Below, one piece after another: positions 50,566 to 64,000 of a stretch of 64,000 nt of DNA (positions are counted from its first letter, which is position 1; the number at the start of each line of letters is the position of its first letter). Source of the stretch: Epiperipatus broadwayi (lineage: Eukaryota > Animalia > Onychophora); NCBI GenBank assembly GCA_028023455.1, contig JAQFVV010000008.1:14880001-14944000 (forward strand). The letters are read 5' to 3'. Both the position numbers and the translations under genes were made by a program. Under the pieces are notes generated by a model. It did not search any database and had not been told where the DNA came from. It worked only from the letters and a program-made list of their open reading frames with translations.

Positions 50566-52812
50566 GAGTTATTTATAATTTAGTTAATATTATAAATAAG
50601 GCATTATAAAATGTTTCAAAGAGCAAAAAAATAATTTATGTGATTCCATTTTAATGTGTTATTATTCAGCAGTTACAAAATTGTTTATTTTCGCATGCTT
50701 TGCTCATTACAATAGTGCTGTGTTTCTATATCTTTTTTTCATTGTTTTGAGCTTTTCTATAACCATAGATTACCATGCACATTGTTATTTTACTGTAGAC
50801 ATCATTTTGATATTATAAATTGAAAAAAATATGAAGATGTCAGTATCAGATGGAAATTTAGGAAATTATAATATGTAATTTACATAACAAAGAAGTCAGA
50901 CATGCCCCATTTTGAACTCAATGGAAGTGATAACTTTTGATTAGTAGATTGTTTAGTCTGAAGTCAAATAATAGAAAAATTATATTTGAAAAGATAAATT
51001 ATAATTTTCAATAATTTGTTTGCATATTCAAGGTTAATTATGCAATACTTTTGTTAAATATTTAATTTTAAATCAAAAACTTACAGCAACCACAATTAGA
51101 TTTTATTTTAAAACATTCAGTTTTAAAGAGGCAAGTCGTAAAAGATTCATTACAGCCAAGTGGAAGCAATTTTTATGGATTAACAAGAATGACTTTTTGT
51201 CAATATTGAAAAACACTTTTTTTTTAAAAAAAAAAAAAAATTTAATATTTAGTTTTAACATATTTTCTTTCGTTAATGATAACTAACACTAATTTTTTTT
51301 TTAAATTTAAAAAATGGAATTCCAATATCTAATGTTTTGTTCTAACTTTTTGAATAGCTAAAATTATATCCAATACACAATTTTCTATTGTTATAGTTAA
51401 GAATTCTATTTAGTATTTAATTTTCCTATTTTACAAAGTTCAAATTTTGACTTTCAGAATGTCTATTGTTTGAAAGTTTACATTTTTTTAAAATAATGTA
51501 AAGATTATCAATATATGAATGATATAGAAAAACAGGTTAATTGTAAAAATGAAATTTCTAATATGGAGGATAATTTTGCTAGGGCATTTTCAAATAAGAA
51601 TTGATAAGTTAGATTCTGAAATGGTTAAATTTAGTTTAAAACACATTATAAACTGATTCTATGTATAATATTAATCTCTTCATATTTGTATAATAAGCTC
51701 CATTGATTGCTTTATTGCAATAGAACTTAACTGCTCCAAATAATATAACTATTTAATTCTATACTAGTAGAAATACATTATATAGATGGGTTGAAAAATA
51801 AATCATCCCATATTCTTTAAATAATATTAAATAATAAGCCATTGATTGTTATTACTACCATTATCTATGTATTTATTTAACTATAATAATACATCAAAAT
51901 ACAAAAATATAAATAACTCCAAACAAGAAGAGATTTGTACAAGAAGTTATTTATAATAATGATCAAATTTATGAATATAATTACAAAAATAAAAATACAT
52001 TAAAAAAACATACAACATAGCAAATTTATAAATATTAACATAAAAACAATAACTATGAAAATTAAAATTGACATGCTTATATACTATAAAATAATCAGAG
52101 TTGCAAATATTTTTTAAACATTAAAAAATGAGATATGGTCAATACCTAATGAATAGATAGTAATAAAAATAAACAATCTGATGCCATTGTAACTGAGCTA
52201 TCTACAACTACAGTCCGAATTAGTAATATTTAACTGGAAGATTTTTGGCTAAATGAGTATTTTCAATGAAAAATTTTAGGATATAAAATGGAACAATGAT
52301 GATATATATATCAGTTATCACATATATTTACAAAGACTATCAACAGTCAGTATATAACAATTATCAGAGATATCAGGCACAGAAGATAATTTTAGTCTAC
52401 CAAAAACAATGCACATAATATAATTATGAAAAATACATAATGAAAACAATCATTCCAAATAATGATATTACATGACAATATATATTGATAATGAACAATA
52501 TAAATATTAACCAAATAGATCTATACAAGAATTTAACTAAATAAAATAGACTACTAATCTGACATAAATGAAAACATAAATAAAGCAGTATCATTCAGCC
52601 AAGATAATCTAAAATTAATACAACTTTACAAATAACAATAGGCCTTCAACAAAAACCATATTACCACAAATACAAATGCTATTATTACATTGAACTTTTT
52701 TTTACTACAAACAGAAGAATTAAGTGAATAAAAGTAATATTTATTTAAAAAAAACTGAATAGACCTCATTTTATGATGATTGACTGTTAACAGTTTAGGC
52801 CAATCCAATTAT

Positions 52813-53003
52813 TAATTAAAGCTAAATCCTTATTAATCACCTGATAAAAAGACTATATTAAACAGCAACCCAGTGCAGAACAATATTATTGATTGTTACT
52901 GTTAAAAGTTTAAATCAAGACAATTACTAATTAAAGATAAATTCTTATTAATCACCTGATTAAGAAGACTGTATTAACAGCAATGCAGTACAAAGCAATA
53001 TTA
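52813..53003. repeat. Diverged direct duplication, period 115 bp
   Basis: taattaaagctaaatccttattaatcacctgat..caatattat (52813-52888) is repeated at 52928-53003. Confidence 0.8.
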
Positions 53004-56000
53004 TCAGCAAAACAAAAATCATTAAATACAAAGGAAAAAGCAAAACAATCATTTATATAGGGAAAAGTACAGATCCCTACAGAACTCTTTGATAAAGCAA
53101 TTTTAAATTACTAACAGCACTATGAATTTTGGTTACATGTTTTCTGTCATAAAATTTGGTTGAGAGGCAAAATGACCTTGAAAACCACACAAATAAAAAC
53201 ACTGAAGAAGAAATATATGATGAAGAGATACAAATGTTTTTGATAAATTTAAATAAACAACCATGTCTTACTATTATTCAATGAAGATATTAAATTGTGT
53301 ACATGACTATAAAAAAAACAACTGAAGTGCTCTTTTCAGCAACAAAATTTATGTATAGAAATCATCTTATGCGTATTCAAAAATAAAATAGGTCTATAGT
53401 TGATAATAATTAATAAATCAGCCTTTAGAAAAAACAAATATAATAAGAACTTTTAAATAATGAGGAAGTAGATTAGTAATCAAAAAAATAAAAAAGTTAA
53501 TAAGTAAACTAGAATTGGTATAAAACAAATTTATTATCTTAGAGAATTTTTGAAGTCAAATTTTCTAAGCCAGAACTGAGAACATTTTTAAAACAATCAT
53601 TCAAGCATGATAAGAACCAGAAATATCCAAACAAAAGAAAAATCTGAGTCCACTTCCTATTTCCAACTGGAATAGTTGTCTGCTCACTGGATCCAGAAGG
53701 ATGAGACTCATTACGACTTCAAGTTTTGAGTTTGTGAGGGGAAAAGTTTGCCAAGATGTAGGTGAGTATTTGTTTTATCATTTCATCATCTTTACAAGAA
53801 ATTTTAAATCAGTTTCCACTCAAAAGTATTTAAAATTATCAATTTTTTCATTCTATGCAAATGGTTGCCATTAAAAAAGGCAAAAGCCAGTACAAGGAAT
53901 TCTTAGAATCATTTGAGCAAGATTAAAACTTAAAAAATTTTTTTAAAACAAAACCAAATAATTAAAAAAAAATAAAGTTATAAAAAAATCTAAGTTTAAT
54001 GATAGGATTAATTGAGAAATGTATGAAAGTCAAATTCCATTGAAAACATTGGGGAGGGGGAAATGCTTAATAAAGATAGTCTTAAGAATTTCACATTAAC
54101 ATCAGATATTTATAAAGTAAAGCAAGTTTCTATGGCTGCAAACCAGTCAGGGAGGACAGGAAATAGACCAAGAAACAAACTAAATACAAAGTAATCATAA
54201 AATTATAGAAAAAAAGAAATCCTAGGTCAATTCACTCATAAGAAAAAAATTACAATATCGTGGTGTCAAACCGGGGGTGGCCAAATGTGGCAAAACAGTG
54301 CAGGAGGGGGAAATTATTTTAAATATGAATTCAATCTCAATTTTAGAATCAAACATTATAGATTATGTTTTAAGCCATCTCCCTGCACAAGAATTAACTT
54401 TTTCTGATGATTAGATCAAAAGTTATTGGGCTACTTCCGGTGCGATTGGGGCACTACAAAAAAAAATAGAACATTTTCAAATTGACACAGAATTACAATG
54501 AAGTGTTTCCTGAGCCAAAACAACAATGATTTAAAGATAAAAATTAAGTTCAAATGATGTTATAGACTCAAACAGAGATATTGAAACTACAATTCACTCA
54601 ACCACTTTTAATCAAACAATTATTAGGAATAATCCAAAGATTAATTACAAACATTTAGACTACACAACTGAAACCTTGATTACTAATCAAGACCTAGATT
54701 TCAATTAAGATAAGCATAATTCAAATAGGATCAATACAAGAGTCCCAGTTGGAATCCTACTACAATCAAGTCCACAACATGGTTACAGAAACTAGTTATT
54801 AAAACAGGTTGGTTGCCTTCACTTTCTGCTGTACAACCAAACAATAAGCAAGAATCCTACAATGCTAATCAAACTTTTCATAATTGGAATAACTAAGTGG
54901 AAATATATAGGCTAGATTATAATCCCTGGAGAACTTTGCAGTCAGATGAGCTGAACAAGTATTTAAAACATTTGACATGTATCAAGAGTTGACAACAGTG
55001 TGAAGCAGACTTCGATCTTCACTGACTTCAGTGTATAAAATGATATGGACAAATGGTGTGTTCTCATTGTTCGCAGGTAAGGCCAACCATGGTTTTTAAG
55101 CTACAATGAGTCAATATACTTATCATCATGTATTTTTGTAATCAAGGTATTCAATTCTATGTATTTTGTGATTAATCACCCATGTAATTTGTCCATGATT
55201 TAGACGGGCAGGTAGATCGAATGTGGTTCCAGCCCATTTGGACTGGCTTGTATTAGTATTGTTGTCATGTTTCCTTGGTTAACAGTAAATTTTGGAGCAG
55301 ATAGACTGAGTGTGGTCCCTGCCCATTTGAACTGTTTGATTGGAAGTCACAGAGTTTTGCTTGTAGCTTTGGGATCAGGGGTGAAGGTGACAGTCCTGAG
55401 GAATTCATTGATCTGTGGGAGTGAATGGTAATCATTACCACACCCAGAAAAGGGATGACCAGACACTATTCTTGCAGACCTCTTTGATTTGGTTAGTATT
55501 CCGAATCATCTGAACCTACAGGACACCCAGATGTATCTAACCCACTTGCAATCGGGGGCCCAAGGTGGATTAACTTTGTTCTAGGGGTGGGTTTGGGGTC
55601 TCACAAAGTGGAATTCTGGCTGGTCCGGTCATGGATAGGGTCTGGGAGGCACTGTTTGAGGATCTGCCAGTCAGATTGAGAGTCATTTACCCCACATAGA
55701 TTATTGCCTCGAATGAAAAGTTGCATCCCCTTGATTGACTGTTCATTGCTTCTCTTCATTGTGGCTTCCCTGACATTTGAACTTGGTATTCATTTGTTTT
55801 TTTAGATATGGGTAATAAGGAAGTTGGACTGCTTTGAGCCACCTCCCAGCTGTATTACATCAGTGTAACATTGTAATCTGTTTGGCCCACTGGTGCAAGT
55901 GACAGAATGTGGTCCCTGCATATTTGGGCTCATAAAATCTATTATAGTAACTTAATAAATGTTGCTTTGGAACAAAAGAAAAATCAGAAATGAATTAAAA

Positions 56001-56338
56001 ACCTTCATTTATGGCACATACATACAATAAATTACTTAAAATATTAAAAACATATTTTTCATTGCACTAACTTCTAATAAATTATTATTTTCAATAAAAT
56101 CAATCTGATTAGTAATCAATTTGATCAAAAAATTAATTTCCATTTTAGAAAGGTATTTTTTTTTATAGCAGAATTCCATATGATAACATAATTTAGTTTT
56201 TTATTATCAGACTTAATTTCCTATTGAACTGCTTTAAATATATCAAATTACAGCTATAATGTTTTATGCACTTCCTCAAATTAATTTTTTTCAATTGATT
56301 AAACCATTATCCATCTATAATAAATGTTTCTTATTCTT

Positions 56339-56446
56339 TTTTTTTTTTCTCATGTGTCATAGCATCAGCCGGGAAGCGAACCTGCTAACTCGGGATAACT
56401 GCTTGTAAAGCAGCTGTCACTGACCTCTCGACCACCAATGCTTGAC
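56339..56446 (-). mobile_element. tRNA-Val(TAC)-derived short SINE, copy 4
   Basis: Perfect 17-bp TSD aaatgtttcttattctt (56322-56338, 56447-56463). Anticodon loop tttacaa; B box ggttcgcttccc; poly-A. Confidence 0.9.
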
Positions 56447-57640
56447 AAATGTTTCTTATTCTTATGAAATAATTTAATATGATCAGTTACTTCAGCAATT
56501 TTAAAGAAGTACAAATATTTTGGAACTGTAAAAAGTTCATATTTACTTAACGCATTATTCCGATTTGTGGTAGTTTATTAATTAACTGAATAAATACTTG
56601 TATTATATAATATAAAAACAATTTAAAAGAATTTTAGAATGATTCAGAATGCCTATATAAATAAACACAATTCATAATTAAAATACGCTCAAACAATCAT
56701 TCAATCTATATGTTCTTTTTCATTTGGAGCCACGATTTAGTCAAACAACAACATAAAAACATATGGATGATCAGTTAAACAAATATTTTAATTCATCAAA
56801 ATGAGATTGATACTGTGAATATTCAGATGAATAATCTTGAAATCTTCTCTAAAATCAGGAAACAAAATAAAAATCACACACTTGGAAAAAACTTCAAAAA
56901 TATAATAATTCAACTCCATTTTTAATTAGAACGTAGGATAAATGCATATCATTTCTCACTTAAACCACTTCGTCAACTAAAAAAGGTACTGAATAAAAAA
57001 TATACATTGGTTAGTATAATAAACTTAGCTGTTATTTTCTGAGGGTTAAATATCAAATACAGTAAATGATCTAGTCAGGTCATTGGTAGAAAAATGAACA
57101 ACAAGAAGATCTAATTTACATGATTTATGCTTTGAATGAAATTCTTTTTTTTTTAAATCACTATTAGAAAAACATTTAAGTTTATCTGGCATTTTAAAAA
57201 TGATTTGCAGAAAATCTTTATTATTTTAATAAAAAATACCTTGTAATTTAATTTCACAATCCATAGGAACTTTTTACAAAGCTTCAATATTATTCTTCAC
57301 AAAAGGTATACTCTGATCACATATACTATAATGGTCGATGGAACCTCCCTATAATCTGCCATACAAGGTGCCACCAGATCATTTGAACCAGGAAAATTTA
57401 TATAGTAGGCAAAATATGCACAGGAGAAGTTACTCTTTTAGCGAACCAAAAGCCCAGTCACTAGCTCAGAGAAAAGCTGAGCTTAAAATATCATACTGTA
57501 TATTCAAATTTTAATTTTAAATATTATTAATAAAATAAATTATTGCCAAAATTAAACAAAACATTTTATTAATGTGCACACACACTAAAAGGAAAATTCT
57601 GAAAATTAAATTAACTAGTGAATATGCTTGATTTAAATTA

Positions 57641-58831
57641 CACCTGGGTCTCGTTTTACGCGATAGATAGGTTCCTCAGAAAACACGTGCAAACGAAATC
57701 GCGCAAAAATAGACGTAACTTACCTTGAAAAGGGGGGGGTGTGGACTGTGATTTTTCAAAATTCGCATAAAAGCAAAGCACCAACGTAAAATTATTTTAA
57801 AATTCGCGCAAAAAAATATAAGGAAATAAAATATGACTAATAAAAAATTTCAAATTTGAAAAAAATTGATACAAGACAAACTTTTTTTAACTACAATATT
57901 TAATTTTATTTAAAATAATATATTTTTATGCATAATTTACAGTACAGTAATTTACATTTTTTATACACGTTTTAATTATTAACACTATTTGCCGATAAAC
58001 AGGTTCATTTGCAAACTGGTAAAGATTCTTCACAAGAGGAACTACAACTAGCACCAACTTCACTCTCATGTTGTTGTGTTATGGTTTTCTAGTGACAACG
58101 TCATTAGTAATTAATCTTTGAGACAATGATTTTATTAATTGTTTATGAGGCTCGCGATATCCAGACATATAACCATTTAGCTCTCATTGAAATTTAAGAG
58201 CACGTTCGTGATTAGTGTCATTAGTAAGAAAATAATTTGCCAACTGATTAGAAAGTTGAAGACATTCTCGAATCATTTTCAAAGTGAAAGGAACAGGTTC
58301 CACTTCTGTTTCATTATCTTTTTCTACATTTTCTTCTGTATCTAAACTTTTATTTTTGTCTTTAATTTTTTAATTTTCAATTCCGTTTAAAAGTCAAATT
58401 TCGTTTCACTGCTATTACTCACCTTTTGAAAATAAACTTGCAGACACTAAATGATTAATAATTGATTACGTTCTTTTTTAAAAAGCAAAAACAGAATGTG
58501 ATTTAAAATGCAAAATTAACACGCACAATGTTTGAACAAATTTACATTATAATCTTGTAAAATTTAATGTGTGTATACATAAAATATGGAAATCATGATT
58601 TTAATTTCATTATTTCATAAAATCTTACTATTATAAAGCACTGAAAATATTGAAATTACTAACATGAAAGTCAAATTCCAATAATGTGCTATTACTTTCA
58701 ATATAACATAAGTGCGCAAAATTTATTATTTAAAGTAATAGCGCATTATTGGAGTTCGGCTTCCGGTGAAACATGAATCGCGTAACTTCAAAATCGTGTT
58801 AAATAACTCCGCGTAAAAAGAGACCCAGGTG
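57641..58831 (-). mobile_element. pogo/Tigger-type (Tc1/mariner superfamily) non-autonomous deletion derivative
   Basis: TIRs cacctgggtctcgttttacgcg / (rc) cacctgggtctctttttacgcg with TA on both sides. Minus strand retains EPVPFTLKMIRECL..HERALKFQ*EL..YREPHKQL..QRLIT, a Tigger-like transposase C-terminus. Confidence 0.9.
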
Positions 58832-61011
58832 TATATGCACAGATGGAAGTATTTAATTGATTTAGTACAATTTTATATTTTACTAAGTGTGAATATGCTA
58901 CATAGATATGCATATAACCAATCCAATCCCTTTTAATCCTAGGCTAAAATCTCATGTTTAAACAAATGCTAGCTTACTGATATACCGATGTGACCAATGT
59001 AAAATTAGATTATTAGCATAACACAAACATGCTAACAGGCATTTACATCTGTAGCATGATATCATTAGAGAAATAATGATTCATGGTGGGAAGAGATGAG
59101 CATCTTCCCCATGAACATTAATAAATTTCACCAACAGACAAGAATGATCCACTGCCCAATTGGTGATACAAAAATGAAATTATTGAAATATATATAGAAG
59201 AGATGCTCTGTAAAAGGGGATAGTGATCTTTGCTGGCTTACTGTCCCAGTCAGAGAGTAAGAAAATCAATGGCATAGGAAATGCATCTATGACTATTGAC
59301 AATGTGATGACTACACTTTTGGGCCATATGTTCAGGTTGGTATTATGCCCTGTAAGCTAGTGCAGAATAAGAGATCGAGTATCCAATGCACCTACTCATA
59401 TTACATTGACATACAACATCCATACATCTATCCACTAAAACTAATTTAACTATAAAACAATTAGCCCAAAATTAATACATCTTAAACTAACATAATCTTA
59501 CTAATACCTGTAGCCATTTATGCTTATTTTAAATTATTAATTTAAAAGAAATTTATGAGAATGGAAATGATATTAAACACATATATAAAAAATATATAAT
59601 TTAAAATTTTAGTCAGATAAGACAGAGATTTTTTTTTAAAAGTTAAGTGACACTTAAAATACTTGAAAAAGTTTGTATTATATAATTAATGTTCATATTT
59701 TCTTTAAAACAAAAGTTTATACTTTCCAATGCTGTAGGTAAAGTCTGTCTTTGCAGTCCTTGATGCATCACACAATTCAAAGTTCTTTCCATTTCATATT
59801 GTTCTAAGTGGAGAATAATCTGTTGCTGGCCAGTTTCTGGGAATCATCATACTCTGGAGGCCACCTCAGCTAAAGCAAATGTGGGAAACTTAATTTATTG
59901 CATGATCCCTACATTTTAGAGATCCGCAACACACTTATAAATATATTTAATAACACACAATCAGTAAGAGCAATCCAAATCTAAATCTCAACTTCCAAGT
60001 TTTCTTTTTATATCTTTTTGAATTCTTAACAAATTCCAGGATCGATCTTGCCTGGCTTGACTTTTCTCTGTGGCCTGTGTGTTTATTTCCATCCTTATTG
60101 GTCAGTTTTCTTTAGAGTGAGAACTCAAAATTTTATCACTAGTATTTTTTTAATTTATCTCTTATCTGACTTTATGCCCAAGGGTCTGTTTGCAATTACA
60201 TCAATATAGAAAATCATTTCCATTCTAAGATTAAGATAAGATAACTAATTAACAACTTTTTTTCCCCATTCTTTTATATAAAAAACAATCTTGTTTTTAG
60301 ATTTTAAACTTTAAAGAATTATATAATTAGTTTGCCATCTGTGCATTATATATATTAATTTAAATAAAATTATTAAATTCTCTTTATATATATATCTCTA
60401 CTTTTATTTTAAAAAAATGTAAAGGCATGTATTTATTCCGTTACAATACTCTAAAGTTACCCATAATCTGTTGTAGAACTGAGTTTGATAAACCATCCAA
60501 TGTAATAATAAAATTTAAAAATAATAATTATTTAATTTAATTTAATTATTCATCAATTACAATAAATTTCAATGGAAAAAAATCACATGCGGAATATAAA
60601 AAATACATTATAAAAGTTGAAATAATTAACATGTAATCTTAAATTTATCCAAAGTCTTATTTGAACTTAATCATAAAATTAATCTTCTTTTAAACTTGGT
60701 TAATGAAGTGTAAAATCTAATTTTAGAAATACATTGTATCAAAACACTGAAGTATACTAGGTCAATGGAACACTGTTGATATCAAATGAAATTTAGATTT
60801 TCAATTTTTTTTTTAATGAAAACTTTCAGTAGAATGAAATATTTTAAAATAATTACACAAAAACATTTTCAATAAATAACTGTTCAACAAATAAAATTTC
60901 TATAGAGGGTTGTATAAAGAGTCAAAATCTAAAAATAATTTTTAAAGAAAAATCTGCAAAAACCCTTAAATAATATAAGATTATTCCTCTCCAAAAAGAG
61001 ATACTATAAGT

Positions 61012-61378
61012 CAGGGTCCCCAACCCTATGTCCGCAGACACCATGGCACCCGCAGATCATTTTACATATGCTCGCCACTATCCAAACACGATAAAAAATT
61101 ATTTATTCGATACAAATAAATTTAATTTTTTAATTTTCTTATAAATTATTGTATTATATTGTAATCAAATTGTAGGGCATATTATACTTTTATAGCGTAA
61201 AAATATAAACATTAATTATATGTTAAAATTTTATTTTTGAAATAAATATTTTTTTGTACATTATGTTTATTATTAACAATATCCAACTATAAATTTACAT
61301 TGAAAAAATAAATGGTGCCTGCCACCTGGCCAGTTTTATAGAATGTGCTCTTATGTGCAAAAAGGTTGGGGACCCCTG
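61012..61378. mobile_element. hAT (Charlie-like) MITE, 367 bp
   Basis: TIRs cagggtccccaacc / (rc) caggggtccccaacc; perfect 8-bp TSD ctataagt (61004-61011, 61379-61386). Confidence 0.95.
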
Positions 61379-61434
61379 CTATAAGTTAATAGAGAGAAAA
61401 ATCTGTTTATAATATTTTGTTGCAAAATGAATCT

Positions 61435-63000
61435 CCAGACAATTTCCATAGTCCTGCTGCTGATAAAGGTGATAGAAGGCCTTATTAAAAGAGAATATCC
61501 AAATAAATATCATCAGAAAGTTATCGTCTTATCAGTTTGTGAATAGGGAGCGCTCGACTGCCGGTGCTATCAGTTGATTTTGCCTCCTGATTGATTATGT
61601 TCGCAGAAAAAGGATGTCCCGGTCAATTGCCATTCAACTCAACTTTGCCAGAGCCTTTGATTATGTCAGGATTGACATGCTTCTTAGTGTTCTGGAGGAA
61701 TTCCAAGCTATTGCATACCTTCAGATGATTGAGAACCTCTTCAAAATCGTGAAGTGTTTCTCTCACTGGATGGAAGAGTTGCTCCAGACTCTGTGTTTCC
61801 ATCCCTCAGGGCATGCCACTAAGTGCACTACCCTTTACAGCCTATGTAAACCCATTGCTGTTAAGTATCAAGGCTATCCTCTGTGACATTTTCCATATGG
61901 ATAATGTGGTGGTGCTTCTCTCATCTCAGGATGAGTTTACTAGACTTGAGGAACTTTTAGATCAATTTGCTCATGAATTTGGTCTGAGAGTCAACAGTGC
62001 AAAATCGGCAATGTGGTCCATCTTGACAGGCAAGCAAATCTCAGGTAGATTTAGAGCTTCCCCATAGAAGTTTTTCAAATTTCATTTTGCCTCCCCCCAT
62101 CTATTATTAAAAAAGAGTTGGAGAATTCCTTACTCTCTAAAATAGAAGGCAAGATAAGGTAAGATAAATTCACTTTCCAAGATCTGTCTTTCTTTGTTGG
62201 AAAAGGTCACACTCCTTAATGTAGTTGTGTTACCCAAAATAATTTATTACTTGGTCATCTTTTCCCTGACAAATGTTTTTATCAGAAAGGTAGAATCACT
62301 ATGTAGAAAGTTGTGCTGGTGAGGGAAAAATCCTGTCATCAGCCTCAAACTACTGCAAAATCCCAGATTACTTAATGGATTAGGGCTTCACTCAGTCAAA
62401 GTTTTCCTGATCCAGAGAACCCATAATGTGCTAGTTAAAATTTTCAAGGATAATGTGAATATGGAAATTCCACTCCCTTTAGAAAAAGTAGATCCCATGG
62501 ATCATCCCCCTCCTAGGAGGAGAAATATTTGGTTGCAAGACCAGTTGACGATGGTGGTCAATAACATTACCCGTTCCATGTTCCATGAGAAATTATCCTA
62601 CTGTATCAGTTGATCCACACCGGAAAATCCAAAGCATAGAATTTTCTTCCAGGCAGGATCCCTCGGCATACAGGGTTGATCAAGTTTTTAAAACTCGAAC
62701 CTAAGTTTGTGAACTTTTTAGTGAAGGTCAACCTTGGGGCCCTACCTACTGGTATATTTCTTTGTCATCAGAGGGGATGCAATATTGATTTTATCTATAC
62801 CCTGTATAGAAAACAAGATGAGTCCATAGCCCATATACTCAATCAATGTGATTCATGAACTCATCTTCAAAACATAGCTCTACGGAGAATTACAGGACTT
62901 GCATCTGTATTAACCTGTTTCATGATTTCAAAAAGGGAATTTTTGGTGTTATCAGACTGGCTACATTCATAAACTTTGTTATCTGGATGAACTATTCCTC
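61435..63000 (+). mobile_element. Decayed L1/Tx1-type LINE ORF2 (RT + C-terminal zinc-knuckle region)
   Basis: Broken frames: ISIVLLLIKVIEG, QLNFARAFDYV, PQGMPLSALPF..VNPLL, MDNVV (YADD position), FGLRVNSAKS, LGALPTG..L..RG..DESIAHILNQC (zf-RVT-like). Confidence 0.85.
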
Positions 63001-64000
63001 AAGTTGCTTTATAAATCAAAGGAAACTGATCTAAGAACTTGCCTGCCATGGTTTGCAGATGAAACTTGGAGCCAGCTAAAGCTTTGAGGACATATAAACT
63101 GGTTTTTCCAAGTTAGCTTGCTCCACAATATATTAAACTGACCTTTTCCAAGTGGTTGCATGTCCTTTATGGGTCTGCTTAATAGCACCATATGTTATAA
63201 AATCTGGTTTCTACTGTATTTTAATTAAATTTTTGATTATTATTGATGGATCATTTCTACCAACACTTTTGATTTATACTTGATTTAAACAAAATTGAGA
63301 TCCTTACCCTTTAATTGTTTTGGGTGGACTGCACTTAATTATGACCCAAATTTGATCAAAGGTATATTTGTTTTTCCGATTATGTTGACTCACAGTGTAA
63401 GTTTTGTCATTGATTGTTTATATTGTATTTCATATCCCAGTGGGTTTAGATTGTGAGCTAATATAGTCTTCACAAGTTATGTATAATGTAATGCTATCTT
63501 GTTTAAATTTGTTAGTCTTTAAATATTTAGTATAATATACATTCATTCTTTAAGTTGCACATGGTGTAGACAGGTTTGTCTAGCTGTTGTACCTCTAGAT
63601 AAACCATATATATTATATTCATTTGTGATCTGTAATTTATTTATCTTGTACTTCATATCATGTTGGGTTTGCTTTATTCATAATCTTCACATCAGGTTGA
63701 ACTTTTTATTTTTGGAGGCTTTATTTGAAGAGCCACTAAAGTCTTGAGAAGTTGTTCATATACGATGCCATTTTGGTTAATCTTGTTAACCTTTCCTTAT
63801 ATAGTGTAATATGTTTCACTTCTTTGTAAATTATACATTCAAATCATTCACACTATGTAAATCTGGACTAATTACTTGTACTATATTCAATTGAAATTTG
63901 TATTCCTGTATAACCTTCCATATTTGATTTATAGTGTAAATGAAGTTTATTTTGGGGAAAAAACCCACAAAATTTAAAGATTTTAAACTTTAAAGAAAAT

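Noticed and set aside
53614-53766. Open frame ending in a strong AG|gtgagt donor
   Set aside because: No convincing acceptor, no recognisable peptide and no partner exons.
59730-60125. Protein-like minus-strand stretches (TGQQQIILHLEQYEMERTLNC.., MEINTQATEKSQ..)
   Set aside because: Short, bounded by stops and not recognisable; cannot separate exon from decayed TE without a database search.

Overview
This is AT-rich (roughly a quarter GC by eye, not computed) eukaryotic, probably animal, non-coding DNA. It is essentially a graveyard of transposable elements, and I cannot support any host protein-coding gene, rRNA, functional tRNA or CRISPR array. Recognisable content: decayed RTE LINEs (~9.5, 12.9-15.6, 39.1-42.0, 44.7 kb); an L1/Tx1-type ORF2 remnant (61.4-63.0 kb); a ~4 kb hAT element with a broken transposase (17.0-21.1 kb); a pogo/Tigger deletion derivative (57641-58831); a hAT MITE with a perfect 8-bp TSD (61012-61378); two tRNA-derived SINE families; and GATA/TA microsatellites. 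The most interesting signal is a ~450-bp repeat present in seven full or partial copies (15.7, 42.0, 42.9, 45.2-47.1 kb). Its consensus contains a minimal type I hammerhead ribozyme (CCCAA-CTGATGA-GTGC..GCAC-GAAA-T-ACGT-A-TA-TTGGG) followed by a T5 run and a tRNA-like A/B-box module. Copies occur in tandem and as head-to-head inversions, resembling a non-LTR retrozyme or SM-alpha-like element. The window also holds a 1.28-kb palindrome of Penelope GIY-YIG ends and a nested foldback carrying a second hammerhead family, with one inversion centred on the ribozyme helix II. Together these suggest Penelope-like retroelements as the mobilising machinery (inference).
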